Below are positions 35,096-47,300 of a stretch of DNA of 58,286 nt, piece by piece. A program made the position numbers and the translations under genes. The stretch covers positions 1 through 58,286 of the forward strand of contig VJWM01000331.1 of the NCBI GenBank assembly GCA_010909165.1, read 5' to 3'. The notes under the pieces are model-generated. The model searched no databases and was not told where the DNA came from. It worked only from the letters and a program-made list of their open reading frames with translations. Position 1 is the stretch's first letter. Each line of letters starts with the position of its first letter. This stretch comes from Anthoceros angustus. Its lineage: Eukaryota > Plantae > Anthocerotophyta.

Positions 35096-38000
35096 TGTGG
35101 AACGCATAAAGTTTGGGCAACTAGCAATGAGTTGAACGCTTTGCTTGCTCTTTGCTAGAAATGGTTTGGTGAAGACATGCAAGGAAATTTTTGCTCCTTT
35201 TGAGCGGAGTTGTAGGACCATGTCGGAAGGCAAGAGGATATGCAGGAAAAGAAACGGGTCAAAACGACCGGGTGAGGAGAAAAGGTAACCTACATGAGTG
35301 GTAGGAGGTGTCCTACCACTGGGAGAAACTCCTACCATGGTAGACGAGGGTAGGAGAGATCCTACCGTGGGAGAATGACCACCAGTGTTTTGATCACCTA
35401 CCGGTGTAGGAATAGCTCCTACCATGGTAGGAGAGGGTAGGAAGGTATCCTACACGTGGGAGTAACTCCTACCGTGGTAGGAGAAAGGGAAACCTACCAT
35501 GGTAGGAGGATGTCCTACCACGGTGGGAGAGGTTTCTAAGGAAAGTAGCTTATGTTTTAGGCAGGATAGGCTTGCTATATATAGAGTCTTTTAGTGGACT
35601 AGATAAATAGGCCAAAATAGGTAATTAAGAAATTAGAGGCTAATTTTCAGTAATTAGAAAATAGGGAAATGGTATTTTAGTATAAGGAAATTAGGAAACT
35701 AACATCAACGGTGAGAAAGGGGCCACGTGGCACACATCCAAGGGCAGGATAGAATGGTAGTTACTTTTCTAACCCTTGGGTGACTTATAAAAGTGGTGCA
35801 GGTGCAGGAGGCCACAACTCGAAACTTGAAGGAGGCGGCCTCACAGAAGCGCGCCACCTCAAGCTTCCCAAGGCCCCCATACAGCGCGCACACACCCATG
35901 CTGCTGAGAGGAGGCAAGAGGGCGGAGGAGAAAAAAGCGGAGGGCCAAGAGGAGGGAGGAAGAAAAGAGAAGGGGAAGAAGGAGGTGCGGAAACACCTCC
36001 CAACTGCAGGAGGATAGGAGGGTGGGGCGTGGCAAGATTGCTAGGAAATTATGAAGGGCTCCCAAATTCGGGCAAGTGTAAGGTCCGTGAGGAACTTTGG
36101 AGGAGAATTGTTTCAAATCATCGAGTTGGTGCTTGGGAAGGCTAGGTGCAAGGCCAGGTGGCTTGGGCAAGGTGAAGAAGAAGGGCGTGAGCTCGAGGAG
36201 GTGGAAGTCGAGCAGGAGGAAATTGAGGAAGGAGAAGGAGAAGAAGGTTGGGGCGCAACCCAAAAGCTCGTGAGTGCCTAGGAGGTGGAGCGTGGCAGAT
36301 TGCTAGGAAACAGGGCTCCTAAATTCTGTGGCAGTAAGACCTGCAAGGGGACCAAGGTGTAAGGACTGCAGGAGGAGAGCAAGGGGCAAGGACCTTAGCT
36401 GTGAGCAAGAGCAAAGGAGGAGAAAGTGCAAGGATAGGAAGTGGCGCGCAGGAAGGAGGCATCACTCTTCAATTTCGCAAGTACTAACCAAGGAGGATGA
36501 GCCTACCATGACCAAGGGGCAAGGAGGGTAGCCAAGGAGCGTCCACCAAGGAGGTGGCGCGAGGCAAGAGGTCTAAGGCGGAGGATCAGACTGAGGTGGA
36601 AATTTTGACATGCCCTTATTACGTGCTATGCAGCCAGCTATCCTCTAGAGACCTTTGACTTTCGACCTTGGGCAGCAGAGGAGAATATTCAGCTAGAGTG
36701 GGTGTATGGGCATTGGTCTTACACCAACCTTGAATTGATAGAGAGTGTTTTGCTAATCTGCAGACGGAAGAGAGGCCCGGATCGCGCGGACGGATCCACG
36801 GTGTTGGATTGTAAGGAGCATACGCTGGTATATGGCGTGCCGGATAGCGGAATCACGTTGATGGAAGGTGGAGGCAAGCGTGCATCAACGGGATCTTCCC
36901 AAGGGAGCCCTTACACTTATGCAAGGGGCATGAAGGCTAAGTCCAAGAACGGTTGGCAGACGGACCAAATCTTGGAGCCCAAGTGGAGATTGTTCACAAG
37001 AATTGTTTTGGGCTTGGTGAGCAATCCAAGGGTGTCATATTTCACTACCTTCCTCCATTTTCTATGGAAGATCACTCAAGGAGCGGATTGGGGCTCATCA
37101 TGTATGAAGCATACACCTACCACCGAGAAAGTTCGAAACCAGTCGGATGAAGAGATCAAGGCCTATCTTAGCACTTATCTAGTGCATTTGTGGGAAGTAG
37201 AGGGCTACTCACAAGTAAGGAGTTGGATGATTCCAAGCATCCCTTTAACATTGTGTACTTACCGAGAGGGACAGGAGTGCTTGGTGCTTTGCTAAAGGAG
37301 GTGCCAGCACCACCGACATTATTGCGGAAGGAATCCTCCGAAAGATAGGCCGGAGGATGTGCGGAGGACTTGCAAGGAGAAGTTGTAGGGGATTTGAAGT
37401 TTGGACCGCTGGAGGATGCGGAGATGGAAGGTAGGATAGATCCTACCATGGCGTGAATCCCGCTGCGAGGGTGGGAGGTGTTCCCCCAGTTTGGGACCCC
37501 TTCGTCCTCTCATGACAAGACCTACAGTGGCAGAATTAGTCCTACCACGGTAGGAAGTAGTCCTACTGGGAGCACCTCCTACCACGGTAGGAGGAAAGGA
37601 AGTCACGGTTTGGAAGCTCCCAAGAGGAGATAAGAAGGCAACCGGCTGCTAGGTGGGCGGCGGATGGAGTCACGGTGGGAGGAGTTGCCCCACCAAGTGA
37701 TGAGCGGGAGCTCATCATAGGGAAGCAAGGGATGTAAGATCCCATGAGCAAGGCAAAGGCCTTGAGTCTCCCGGAGGTAAGAAAGGAGACTTGGACATGT
37801 TGGAGGAGATGCTGCGCATAGGGGAGATGTTCAAGGTAGATGTGGAGCCGCCAAGAGGAGAGTTGAATTCTTGAAGACGGAGGCGGAAGACAAGGACCTA
37901 CCAAGCAAGGGAAATTGCGGTAGGCGAGCGGAAACCCAGTGGCGGAGGATGTTATGAGGATGGAAGCTCAAGTGGAGCACTTGGAAAAGAGTCTTGAAAC

Positions 38001-40337
38001 AAGGCACAGGCAAACAATCATATTCGGAGAACAAGGCTCTTACCAAGCAATTGGCAGCTCGAGAGGAGAAGGTGGAGCAACTTGCTCACATGGTGCGCAC
38101 ATGGGAAAAGAAGGCGGAAGACAAGCAAGTCTGCTAATGGAGGAAAGGTCAAGAGAGCAATCTGCACAAATGAGGGCAGACAAAGGCAAGTAGGCGCACA
38201 TGAGCGGTCATAGCCACACAGTGTGAAGATTAGTGACATGGAAAAGGAGCTGGGAGAAATCACGGAGAATTGAAGGAAGAAGAGCTGGAAGAACGGACAC
38301 ATTTTGTCCAAAGATTGGAAATGGAACGAGAAGTCCAAAGAACGGAGAATGCACAACTCCCTAGGAGGATAGGGGAGTTGGAGGAAGAAATGGCAAAGGA
38401 GAAAGGCCGTCATGAGGTGGTGCAGCATATGTTGGCGGTGAGGGGAGAGATTTCGGTGATTATGCCCTGAGATTGATCCGCCAACGCAGAATGAGAGGAC
38501 GGAGAATGTGGCTCTCCATGTCAAGACCGGTGAGCTGGCCTTGAGCGAGATGCTTACAAAAGCAAGTGTGAGCATGGAGTATGGCTTGAGGATTACGAAG
38601 AATTGGAGATGGCACAACAACAACGATTTGCGCCCATCTTCACAACAAGGTGCTCAAGGCCACTAACGAGTTGTTGCGACTTGCTGAGAGGAGGATGTTG
38701 GGACCTCATGACGATGATAGGGAGGCCCTCATGCAAGTCCAACCGGAAGCCTTAGACTTGGAGAGTGTCCCAAGCAACAAGGGTGAAGAAACTTCGCACC
38801 AGGGAGAAGCAAGTGAAGCGGGAGAAGCTTCACAGGGGGAGAGAATCATCCCAGGAAGGGGTGAGGGAGAAGAAACGACCCCGGTAGGAACTCCTACCGT
38901 GGTAGGAGGAGTTCCTACCGTGGTAGGAGGGACTCCTACCGTGGTAGGAGAAGGTCCTACCATGGTAGGTCCGGAAGAAGCAGCGGATTCAAAGGCTGCT
39001 AGCATGGATTTGACAAGGGAGGCGAGTGGCCCTTGCAGGAAGAAGGAAGAGGGGTTGATCTTGAATGGAGCAAGAATCACAAGGAGAAGACCAACCTCCT
39101 AACATGGGTGCAGGGGAGCACTTGCTCACAAGTGAGAGGAAGAGGAGAAGGCGAGGATGAGCCAGGCTAAGAGAGCCCGGCTATTTTATTGGAGGAAGGA
39201 ACTCAAGATAGGCATCAAGATAAGGAAGGGATTCATAAGAAGTCCTTAAATTAGCTTGAAGACATGGGGCAAGATGCCACTTGGGAAGACTTTTCTTTAG
39301 AGGAGGACAGCATTAATGCTTGTCGAGAGTGTGTTGACTAGCTAGATAGGAATGTTGGAGCCATTAAGGCTCACATAGGTGGAATTTGCTAGAATAGAAT
39401 TTTACCCAAGATGCTTGGATGTCGAACTTAAAGTCCGTGAGGATACACTAAAATAAGGAGTAAGGCGTGCCAGGAGGGCGCCTGTGGGAGGCTGTGAGGA
39501 CCTCCCTATAAAAGGAGGGAGCTTGTGAAGTAAAATTATCGTCTTGCGCTCCCATCCTCCCGAGTCCTTCACTTTGTGCAGTGAATTTCGTGCAAGCCAA
39601 CGGTCTAGAGAGGAGAACGCGAGGCCGGTGTCTTTGCGGAGGGCTCGCAGTGCTTTGTGAATGGTTCTTTGAATTGTTTTGCTTTGAGTGTGTGGCGATG
39701 CTCAAGGAACTCTCGGCTTGAGGGTAGACTGGAAAGACTCCTGGAGGTTCTCGCGTGCAAACCACATAGCAACCGCCCAAGGAAGAACTCTAACTTTGAC
39801 GGACCCAGGCTGTGCCGTAAGGGCGAGTTGGAATTAATGAGCCAGAATTGGTGTTAGAGTAGGAGATTGTGGAGGAAGGAAGGGTAGATGAGTAGAGAAG
39901 AAGAGGGCGTTGTTGATTGAGAGAGTTGTGAGGAGGATTAGAGTGTAGGAAAACTAAGGCCGTGAGCCTAAGGGACGAATCCCAACTGCAAGTAAGAGGG
40001 CTCCCTGTGGAGAAGAGTGTCTTAGGAGTAGGGACGGTTGCGGTGTGGGTCAGGGGTCCCGGCGCCCGTGATAGACACCTGTCATAAGACGAACTGCAAT
40101 TGTGTGGTGTCGTTGTAGGTTGAGGTTTGGTGAGTTTACGGCAGACGGCGTAGCTGCTGTAGAGGAGCGTGAGAGGGCGCCTTGCTTGTTTAGAATGAGG
40201 TAGTGTGTAGCTGCAGTAGTGACGGATTTCTCAAGATTCACCTCCCAAGTCTCATGGGACGAAACCCAACGTCGAAAACAGGGATAAGTGTGGCCGCTAG
40301 AGGGGAATCTCGGAGTGCCCCGGGTTTTCCTCCCACA
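35096..40337 (+). repeat. 5' LTR, variant B (~5240 bp)
   Basis: TGTGGAACGC...CCTCCCACA; TATA boxes at 35786 and 39507; repeated at 44334-49515 and partly at 54536-56322. Confidence 0.92.
35800..39100 (+). pseudogene. Long frameshifted ORF inside LTR-B (Athila env-like / 'putative plant transposon protein'-like core, coiled coil, PTVVG repeats)
   Basis: Consensus of three copies: WSYTNLELIEECFANLQ...AKSKNGWQTDQILEPKWRLF...FLWKITQGADW...YLSTYLVHLWEVE, then EDVMRMEAQVEHLEKSLE...KALTKQLAAREEKVEQL. Family assignment is from motif recall only. Confidence 0.55.
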
Positions 40338-40341
40338 TTTT

Positions 40342-40356
40342 TGGCGCCGTTCGGGA
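40342..40356 (+). promoter_or_regulatory. PBS TGGCGCCGTTCGGGA (tRNA-Asp-like)
   Basis: Follows the LTR end CCCACA + TTTT; same type as 2349-2364. Confidence 0.8.
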
Positions 40357-40599
40357 CTTGTGGTGACAATTGAAATTTTGAGATTTTCGTTGCTAGCTTG
40401 CGATGAGCTGAGAAGATCTTGTAAGGAGGTGGAGCGGGGTCTAGGAAGAGGCCTACACGTCCTGGAACCTGCGTTGTGAAGGAGGAGCTCCACGCCTCCC
40501 GAATGGTGTGATTTTGTGTTCCAGCAAGAATGGCGCATGGCGGTTGGCTGATTTTTCTTTAACAACCGTGTTTTGGAGGCTATGAGGATGCTTGCAGAT

Positions 40600-42250
40600 G
40601 TCTAGCAGAGGGAGAGGAGAAAACCATAGGAGGTCACCCCACTTCGCAAGAGATCTAAGAGCTGCAAGAAGAAATCAATGGAGGGAGGAAAACGCAGGTG
40701 GTTGCACGCTCCGGGAGGAGGAAGAGCTAAGGGCGCTTGAGGAGGAGGCCGTTTTGCCCTTGCCTACAAGGGGAGCCAAGTGATCCAGAAAACGCTCGAG
40801 AAGGGGACGCCGAAATCACCCAAAGGAGGTGGTTGAAGGAGTTGGTATGTGAAGAGGAAAGCGAGGAAGCACCTTCGAGCACGATTCAAGTTCAGCTACC
40901 AGCACGGGCCTTCTCAACGCTGGACCTTCGAGTGGTGGATCTAGCTCAACTCCAAACAAAAGTGAAGAAGGTGGGGTGAGCGGTGGGGAATTTCAGGCGT
41001 GGTCTGAAGATCTTGCGGAGCGCCTTGATAGAATCACCAGCTCACAATCTTGGGACGCACACCTAGGGAGACACCATCCCACAACCGTCCCCAATCTTTT
41101 GTGCAGACACCCTTCTGCGAGAACTTTGGTTGGAGAATTTACTGCAGGAGAGGAAGGGAGTGAGTTCGCCTAGCTCATCCGGACCAAGCAACATGAGTGG
41201 AACAGGAGTAGGAGGGGATTTGCTGTTTGGATAGTTGTGTGTTGAGGGGTGTAGCTTGCGTCTAGTCGGGAGGAGGAAGTAATTTCGTAGGAGTTGAGAG
41301 GAGATCACCCCGCCTTTGTCTGCAAGGGATTTGTGAATGGAGAAATCATGTGTGTGAAGAAAGCTTAGTTGCTGCTGCAAAGGAAGAAGGAGGAGAGAGC
41401 TCTTGGAGGAAGCTACATGTGCTAACATCTTCAAGGGTTCCGTTGAGGAAGAAGAGGTAGTTGTCTAAGAGCAAGAGGAGGTTGTGCTCACGGACAGCGA
41501 GGAAGGAGGTTGTTGCCGAGGAGTTGCGATCAAGGGTGAGGGTCAAGAATCCGAGCGTTAATAATTTCAAGGTACATCTTCCGCTTCTTGCAAGAGGAGG
41601 ACTTTTTTGGCGTGGATTGTTGAGCTCTTCTAGCTCGAGTTGGTCGTCGTAAGAGGAGGAAGGCAAGAGGGTGAGATTTGGCAAGGAGAAGTTGGGGTAC
41701 GAGATCTAATGGGTGAGCTTTGCAAGGTCTTGATTACGCCCATCTTGCTGCCCTTTCAACCTTGCTTGTTAAGAGGAGAGGCGCTTGTGTGCCCAAGTCT
41801 GTATAGTACATCCCGCAGGCAGCATTTGTTCGCCGTGTGGAATTCTTGGGAGGTGTGCCCACGCTTTTGACGCCTCAACCATGAGTGGAGGAAGTGGAGG
41901 TGGTGGAAGTCGGTCACACCCCACCAGCAATATGTGAGATTTGGGAGAAGAAACGAGGTGAAGATGAGGCTTTTGTGCAAACTTTTGAACATGTGACTCA
42001 TGCGAATTTGGAAGTCTCAGTGGATTGTCTCCAAATTTTCCTAGAGTACTTCGAGGTCATGCCCGGTATAGTCACACGTGGGGCTGCATCACCATTGGAT
42101 TGGGATGATTTGAGAGCTGTATCTTTGAACCGGTTTTGTGGCTTAAGCTATGCACATCACACGTTGGTCCGGTTGAGGACTCTCAAGGAAGAGGAGGGAG
42201 TCTTTGTATGATTACATAGAGGAGAGAGTACCACGGCCACCAAGGATGTA
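40600..42250 (+). pseudogene. gag: Gypsy gag remnant
   Basis: EFQAWSEDLAERLDRIT; EAFVQTFEHVTHANLE...DWDDLRAVSLNRFCGLSYAHHTLVRLRTL, homologous to 1100-2013. Confidence 0.85.
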
Positions 42251-43229
42251 GCCTTCTGCAAAAGCAAGGCCTATGGTATGACCTTTCTTGATAAAAGTTG
42301 GGAAAAGGTAGGAAGGAGTTAGAGGAACACATGTAGATCCATGTGCCATAGAAAAATTAGAGCTAGAATGTGGTAAGGTGGTGAAGATTTCTAAGTGTAG
42401 AGGAGATGGTAGAGTTTAAGAAGGTGCAGGAAGAGCATGAGAATGCAGTTTCATTTTTCGATCGGAGAGCGACTTGAGGCCACGGATGACCGATTTTCCG
42501 ACGAGGAGTTGGTTGCCACGGCCTGGGTTGAAGGGGAGGACGTGAGCATGTTGTAGACGGCCTAAGGATTGATCAGCAAGCCTTGCTGCCAGAGAGGTCA
42601 AATGAGCAAGAAGGGAGCGCGTTGTGAAAGGCGCAGGACAACTGGAAACCGAGGGGATAAAAGGGCGCCAGTATGGGCGCGAGGAGGAGGCTGGAATGCT
42701 CCTCAAGGGTGAGCAGCAAGGAGGGCTGCAAGTGGAGGCCAGCCGTTGGCAAAGAAAGAAGCGGATATGGGAGCGTCGGTCAAGCAAAGAAAAGGCGCCC
42801 CCACTTGGCGGTCAAGCCAGGCGCCATGGGGCCGGAGGAGAGGCCCTAGGGAGGTAGGTGCGCCAGAGGGCGAGGAAGGAGATGCATCCCATGAGAAGCT
42901 TGAGCAAAAACGGCAGGAGAAGAAAATGGCAGATTCATGGGAAATCACTCATGAGGTGGCCATGGGGGTGCAAACAGGCGAGGAGGTCGCCATGGGAGCA
43001 CGAGCTGGACCTGGACACGAGGCTAGACCAGCAGGAATGGAAGAAATCCGAACGTTGTTGGAGGAGGAGCATGCAAACGGGCTGCAGGCTCAAAAACTTG
43101 CAGCATGGACAAAGCGGGGAGAAACTGGATTTGTGGATGGAACAACGCCGTCAGGGCTGCTGGTGGGCAAGCAGGAGGCGACGTGGTATGCGTGGAAGGA
43201 GGAGATTAGAACGTGAAGGACTCCCATGT

Positions 43230-44295
43230 CCATGTTATTGAATGGTGAGGTATGAAATTTCTTGGAGCACGGAATCATGTTGGATAGTTTGTCTAGGGAA
43301 GGGCGTGCTGTCTTTCTCCCGAGCTGTGCCTTGTCTAAGAGATGGGGTCTTGTACAAGCTTGGTGGATGAGAAGATTGACGTTGTTTGGAAATTAGAAGC
43401 TTCTTTGGTCACGCTTTGCATGCGTAAGAGGTTGGAGGCCATTATTCGACGCAAATCACGGTGAAGAAGGTCTTGGATGCGCCATGGGCTACAATGCAGA
43501 GATGTGTGGGAATTTATTAGGAGGTGTGATGCGTGTCGAGGGTTGAGGCCCACTTTGTCAACAGTGGCCTCACCTACATACTACCTTTGGCACCATTTGA
43601 AGTGGGATAGATTTTGTAGGTCCAATCAAGCCACCCACACAATGGACAAGGAAGCAATATATCCTGGCTACCAGAAAGATGGTGGAGGTCAAGCAACAAG
43701 AAGGACGACGAGCGAAGTCTCTTTGAGAACATTATAAGAGGTATGGATGTCCTTTTGAGTTGGTCAGATGAGAACTCATTTCCTCAACTCGGTGGGAGAC
43801 TCTTACTTCAACATTCGGATCGAAGACAACCTTACAATCCCAAAGCGAATGGTTTGACGGAAACGAATGGGTGTACAATCTTGACCAAGGTAAGACTACA
43901 TGTATTGGGACACTAAGCTACATTCAGGCTATGGCTTTGAGAGGCAGAAGGTGACAAGAAGACCCTTATTATTATGGCATGTCTCCGTGATGGAGAATTT
44001 GAAGTACCATAGAATCATGGAGGATGGATGGGAAGATAGCCTAGCTAGACTAGAGTCTTCATAGAGCATGAGGAGCAGGAAGATGCTTTGAAACTCTTTG
44101 GAGCTTAGAAAGGATAGGCATGATGGGAAGTTGAGGAAAGAAGCTATCATGGGATTTGTTCTTCTATATGAGATATGGACTTGAAGCTTATTGAGATGGA
44201 TGGGACCTACGAGGTGGTGGCGTTTGAGAATGGATCCACACCGTGAGGGGATGGGATGCCAACTAGAGTGAATGGGTGGAAGGTTAAGTACCTTC
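43230..44295 (+). pseudogene. Gypsy integrase remnant (HHCC + core), no chromodomain
   Basis: GVLYKL, GGHYS.QITVKKVL, RDVWEFIRRCDAC, W-IDFVGPIKP, YNPKANG, WD.KL, GPYEV, NG, reconstructed across frameshifts. Confidence 0.85.
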
Positions 44296-44333
44296 ACAGA
44301 AGCTCAGTTTGCGAGGGCAACGTGAGAGGAGTA

Positions 44334-47300
44334 TGTGGGAAAAGTTTGGGCAACAAGCTTAAATGAGTTGTTTTGAGCCCACTCTTTTACTAGAAATGGT
44401 TTGGTGAAGACATGCAAGGAAATTTTGCTCCTTTGAGCGGAGTTGTAGGACCATGTCGGGAAGGCAAGAGGATATCAGGAAAAGAAACGGGTCAAAACGA
44501 CCTTGGTGAGGAGAAAAGGTAACCTACATGAGTGGTAGGGTGTCCTGTAGGAGAAACTCCTACCATGGTGACGAGGGTAGGAGATCCTACCACCGTGGGA
44601 GAATGACCACAGTGTTTTGATCACCTACCAGGTAGGGTGCCTACCATGGTAGGAGGTAGGAAGGTATCCTACCGGAGTAACTCCCGTGGTAGGAGAAAAG
44701 GAAAAGCTACCATGGTAGGAGGATGTCCTACCACGTGGGAGGTAGGTTCTAAGGAAGTAGCTTATGTTTTAGGATAGGCTTGCTATATATAGGGTCTTTT
44801 AGTGGACTAGATAAATAGGCCAAAATAGGTAATTAAGAAATTAGAGGCTAATTTTCATTAGAAATTAGAAAATAGGGGTGGTATTTTAGTATAAGGAATT
44901 AGGAAACTAACATCAATGGTGAGAAAAGGGGCCACGTGGCACACATCCAAGGCAGGATAGAATGGTAGTTACTTTTCTAACCCTTGGGTGACTTATAAAA
45001 GTGGTCGGTGCCCAGGAGGCCATCAAACTTGAAGGAGGCGGCCTCCACGGCAGGGGCGCCGCCACACCTCAAGCTGCCCAAGGCCCCCAGCCCGCACACA
45101 CGCCCTGCTGCTGAGGAGGAAGGTTGGGCAAGGAGGAGAAAAGGCGCGCGCCAAGAGGAGGTGAGGAAGAAGAGAAGGGGAAGAAGAGGTTGGGGCAAAA
45201 ACACTTCCAAGCTCGGAGGTAGGAGGGTGGAGCGTGGCAAGATTGCTAGGAAATTTGAAGGAAGGGCTCCCAAATTGAGCAAGTGTAAGGTCCGTGAGGA
45301 ATTTTGGAGAATTTCTTTTCAAATCATAGAGGGGTTGGTGTGGGAGGCTAGGTGCAAGGCCAGGTGGCTTGGAGGAGAAGCGTGACCAGGAGGGTGAGCG
45401 CAAGAGAAAGAGAGGAAATTGAGGAAGAGAAGGGAGAAGGTTGGGGCGCAACACTTGCAAGCTCGTGAGGTGCCTAGGAGGTGGAGCATGGCAAGATTGC
45501 TGCTGGAAGGGCTCCAAGTGGCTAAGTCCAAGTGAGCCTGCAGGAAAAGCCAAGGTGTAAGGGCTGCAGGAGAGCAGGGCAAGGACCTTTGAGCTGTGAG
45601 CAAGAGCAAATCAGAGGAGGAGAAAAGGATAGGAAGGTATTGACATGCATCACTTTTCTTCAAAAGTACTGCAAGGAGACCAAGCTACCATGACCAAGGG
45701 CAAGAGGTAGCAGACTCACCAAGGGAGGTGGCGAGGAGAGAGGTCTAAGGCAGATCGACTGAGGTGGAAATTTGACATGCCCTTATTACGTGCTATGCAC
45801 ATCCTCTAGAGACCTTGAATTCGACCTTGGGCAGCAGAGGAGAATATTGCTAGAGTGGGTGTATGGGCGACATCTTACACCAACCTTGAATTGATAGAGA
45901 GTGTTTTGCTAATTTGCAGCAGACGGAAGAGGAATTGGGCCTTCGGATAGGAGCATACGGACGGATCCATGGTGTTGTAGGAGCATACGCTGTATATGGC
46001 GGGCGGATAGATAGGAATCACGTTGATGGAAGGAACGAGGAGGCAAGCGTGCATCAACGGCGGATCTTCCCAAGGGAGCCCTTACACTTATGCAAGGGGC
46101 ATGAAGGCTAAGTCCAAGAACGGTTGGGACGGACCAAATCTTGGAGCCCAAGTGGAGATTGTTCACAAGAATTGTTTTGGGCTTGGTGAGCAATCCAAGG
46201 GTGTCATATTTCAGCTACCTTCCTCCATTTTCTATGGAAGATCACTCAAGGAGCGAAGCCGGATTGGGGCTCATCATGTATGAAGCATACACCTACCACC
46301 GGAGAAGTTCAAACCCAACGCAGCGTCGGATGAAGACAGGTCATGCTATCTTAGCACTTATCTAGTGCATTTGTGGGAAGTAGAGGGCTACTCACAAGTA
46401 AGGAGTTGGATGATTCCAAGCATCCCTTTAACATTGTGTACTTACCGTGAGAGGGACAGGGGGTGGTGCTTTGCAAGGAGGTGCCGGCACCACCGACATT
46501 ATTCGGAAGGAATCCTCCGAAAGATAGGGCGGAGGATGTGCGGGAGGACTTGCAAGGAGAAGTTGTAGGGGATTTGAAGTTTGGACCGCGGAGGATGCGG
46601 AGATGGAAGGTAGGATAGATCCTACCATGGCGGGAATCCTGAGGGTGGGAGGTGTTCCCACAGTGGTTTGGGACCCCTTCGTCCTCTCATGACAAGGCCT
46701 ACTGGCGATTAGTCCTACCACGGTAGGAAGCAGTCCTACGCTGGTAGGAGCACCTCCTACCACGGTAGGAGGGAAAGGAAGTCACGGTTTGGAAGCTCCC
46801 AAGAGGGAGATAAGAAGGCAACCGGCCCCGTTAGGTGGGCGAGCGGATGGAGTCACGGTGGGAGGAGTTGCCCCACCAAGTGATGAGCGGGGAGCTCATC
46901 ATAGGGAAGCAAGGGATGTAAGATCCCATGAGCAAGGCAAAGGCCTTGAGTCTCCCGGAGGTAAGAAAGGAGACTTAGACATGTTGGAGGAGATGCTACG
47001 CATAGGGGAGATGTTCAAGGTAGATGTGAGCCGCCAAGAGGAGAGTTGAATTCTTGAAGACGGAGGAGAAGACAAGGACCTACCAAGCAAGGGAAATTGC
47101 GGTAGGCGGCGGAAACCCAATGGAGGATGTTATGAGGATGGAAGCTCAAGTGGAGCACTTGGAAAAGAGTCTTGAAACAAGGCACAGGAGGCAAACAATC
47201 ATATTCGAGAACAAGGCTCTTACCAAGCAATTGGCAGCTCGAGAGGAGAAGGTGGAGCAACTTGCTCACATGGTGCACATGGAAAAGAAGGAAGACAAGC

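Noticed and set aside
35290-35530. CRISPR-like array (repeat plus variable spacers)
   Set aside because: Repeats are only ~14 bp and degenerate, spacers are short and irregular, there are no cas genes, and the array lies within a plant LTR. Reported instead as a palindrome array.
44280-44333. Chromodomain at the Gypsy integrase C-terminus
   Set aside because: Integrase ends ~40 bp before the LTR, with no room or motif for a chromodomain.
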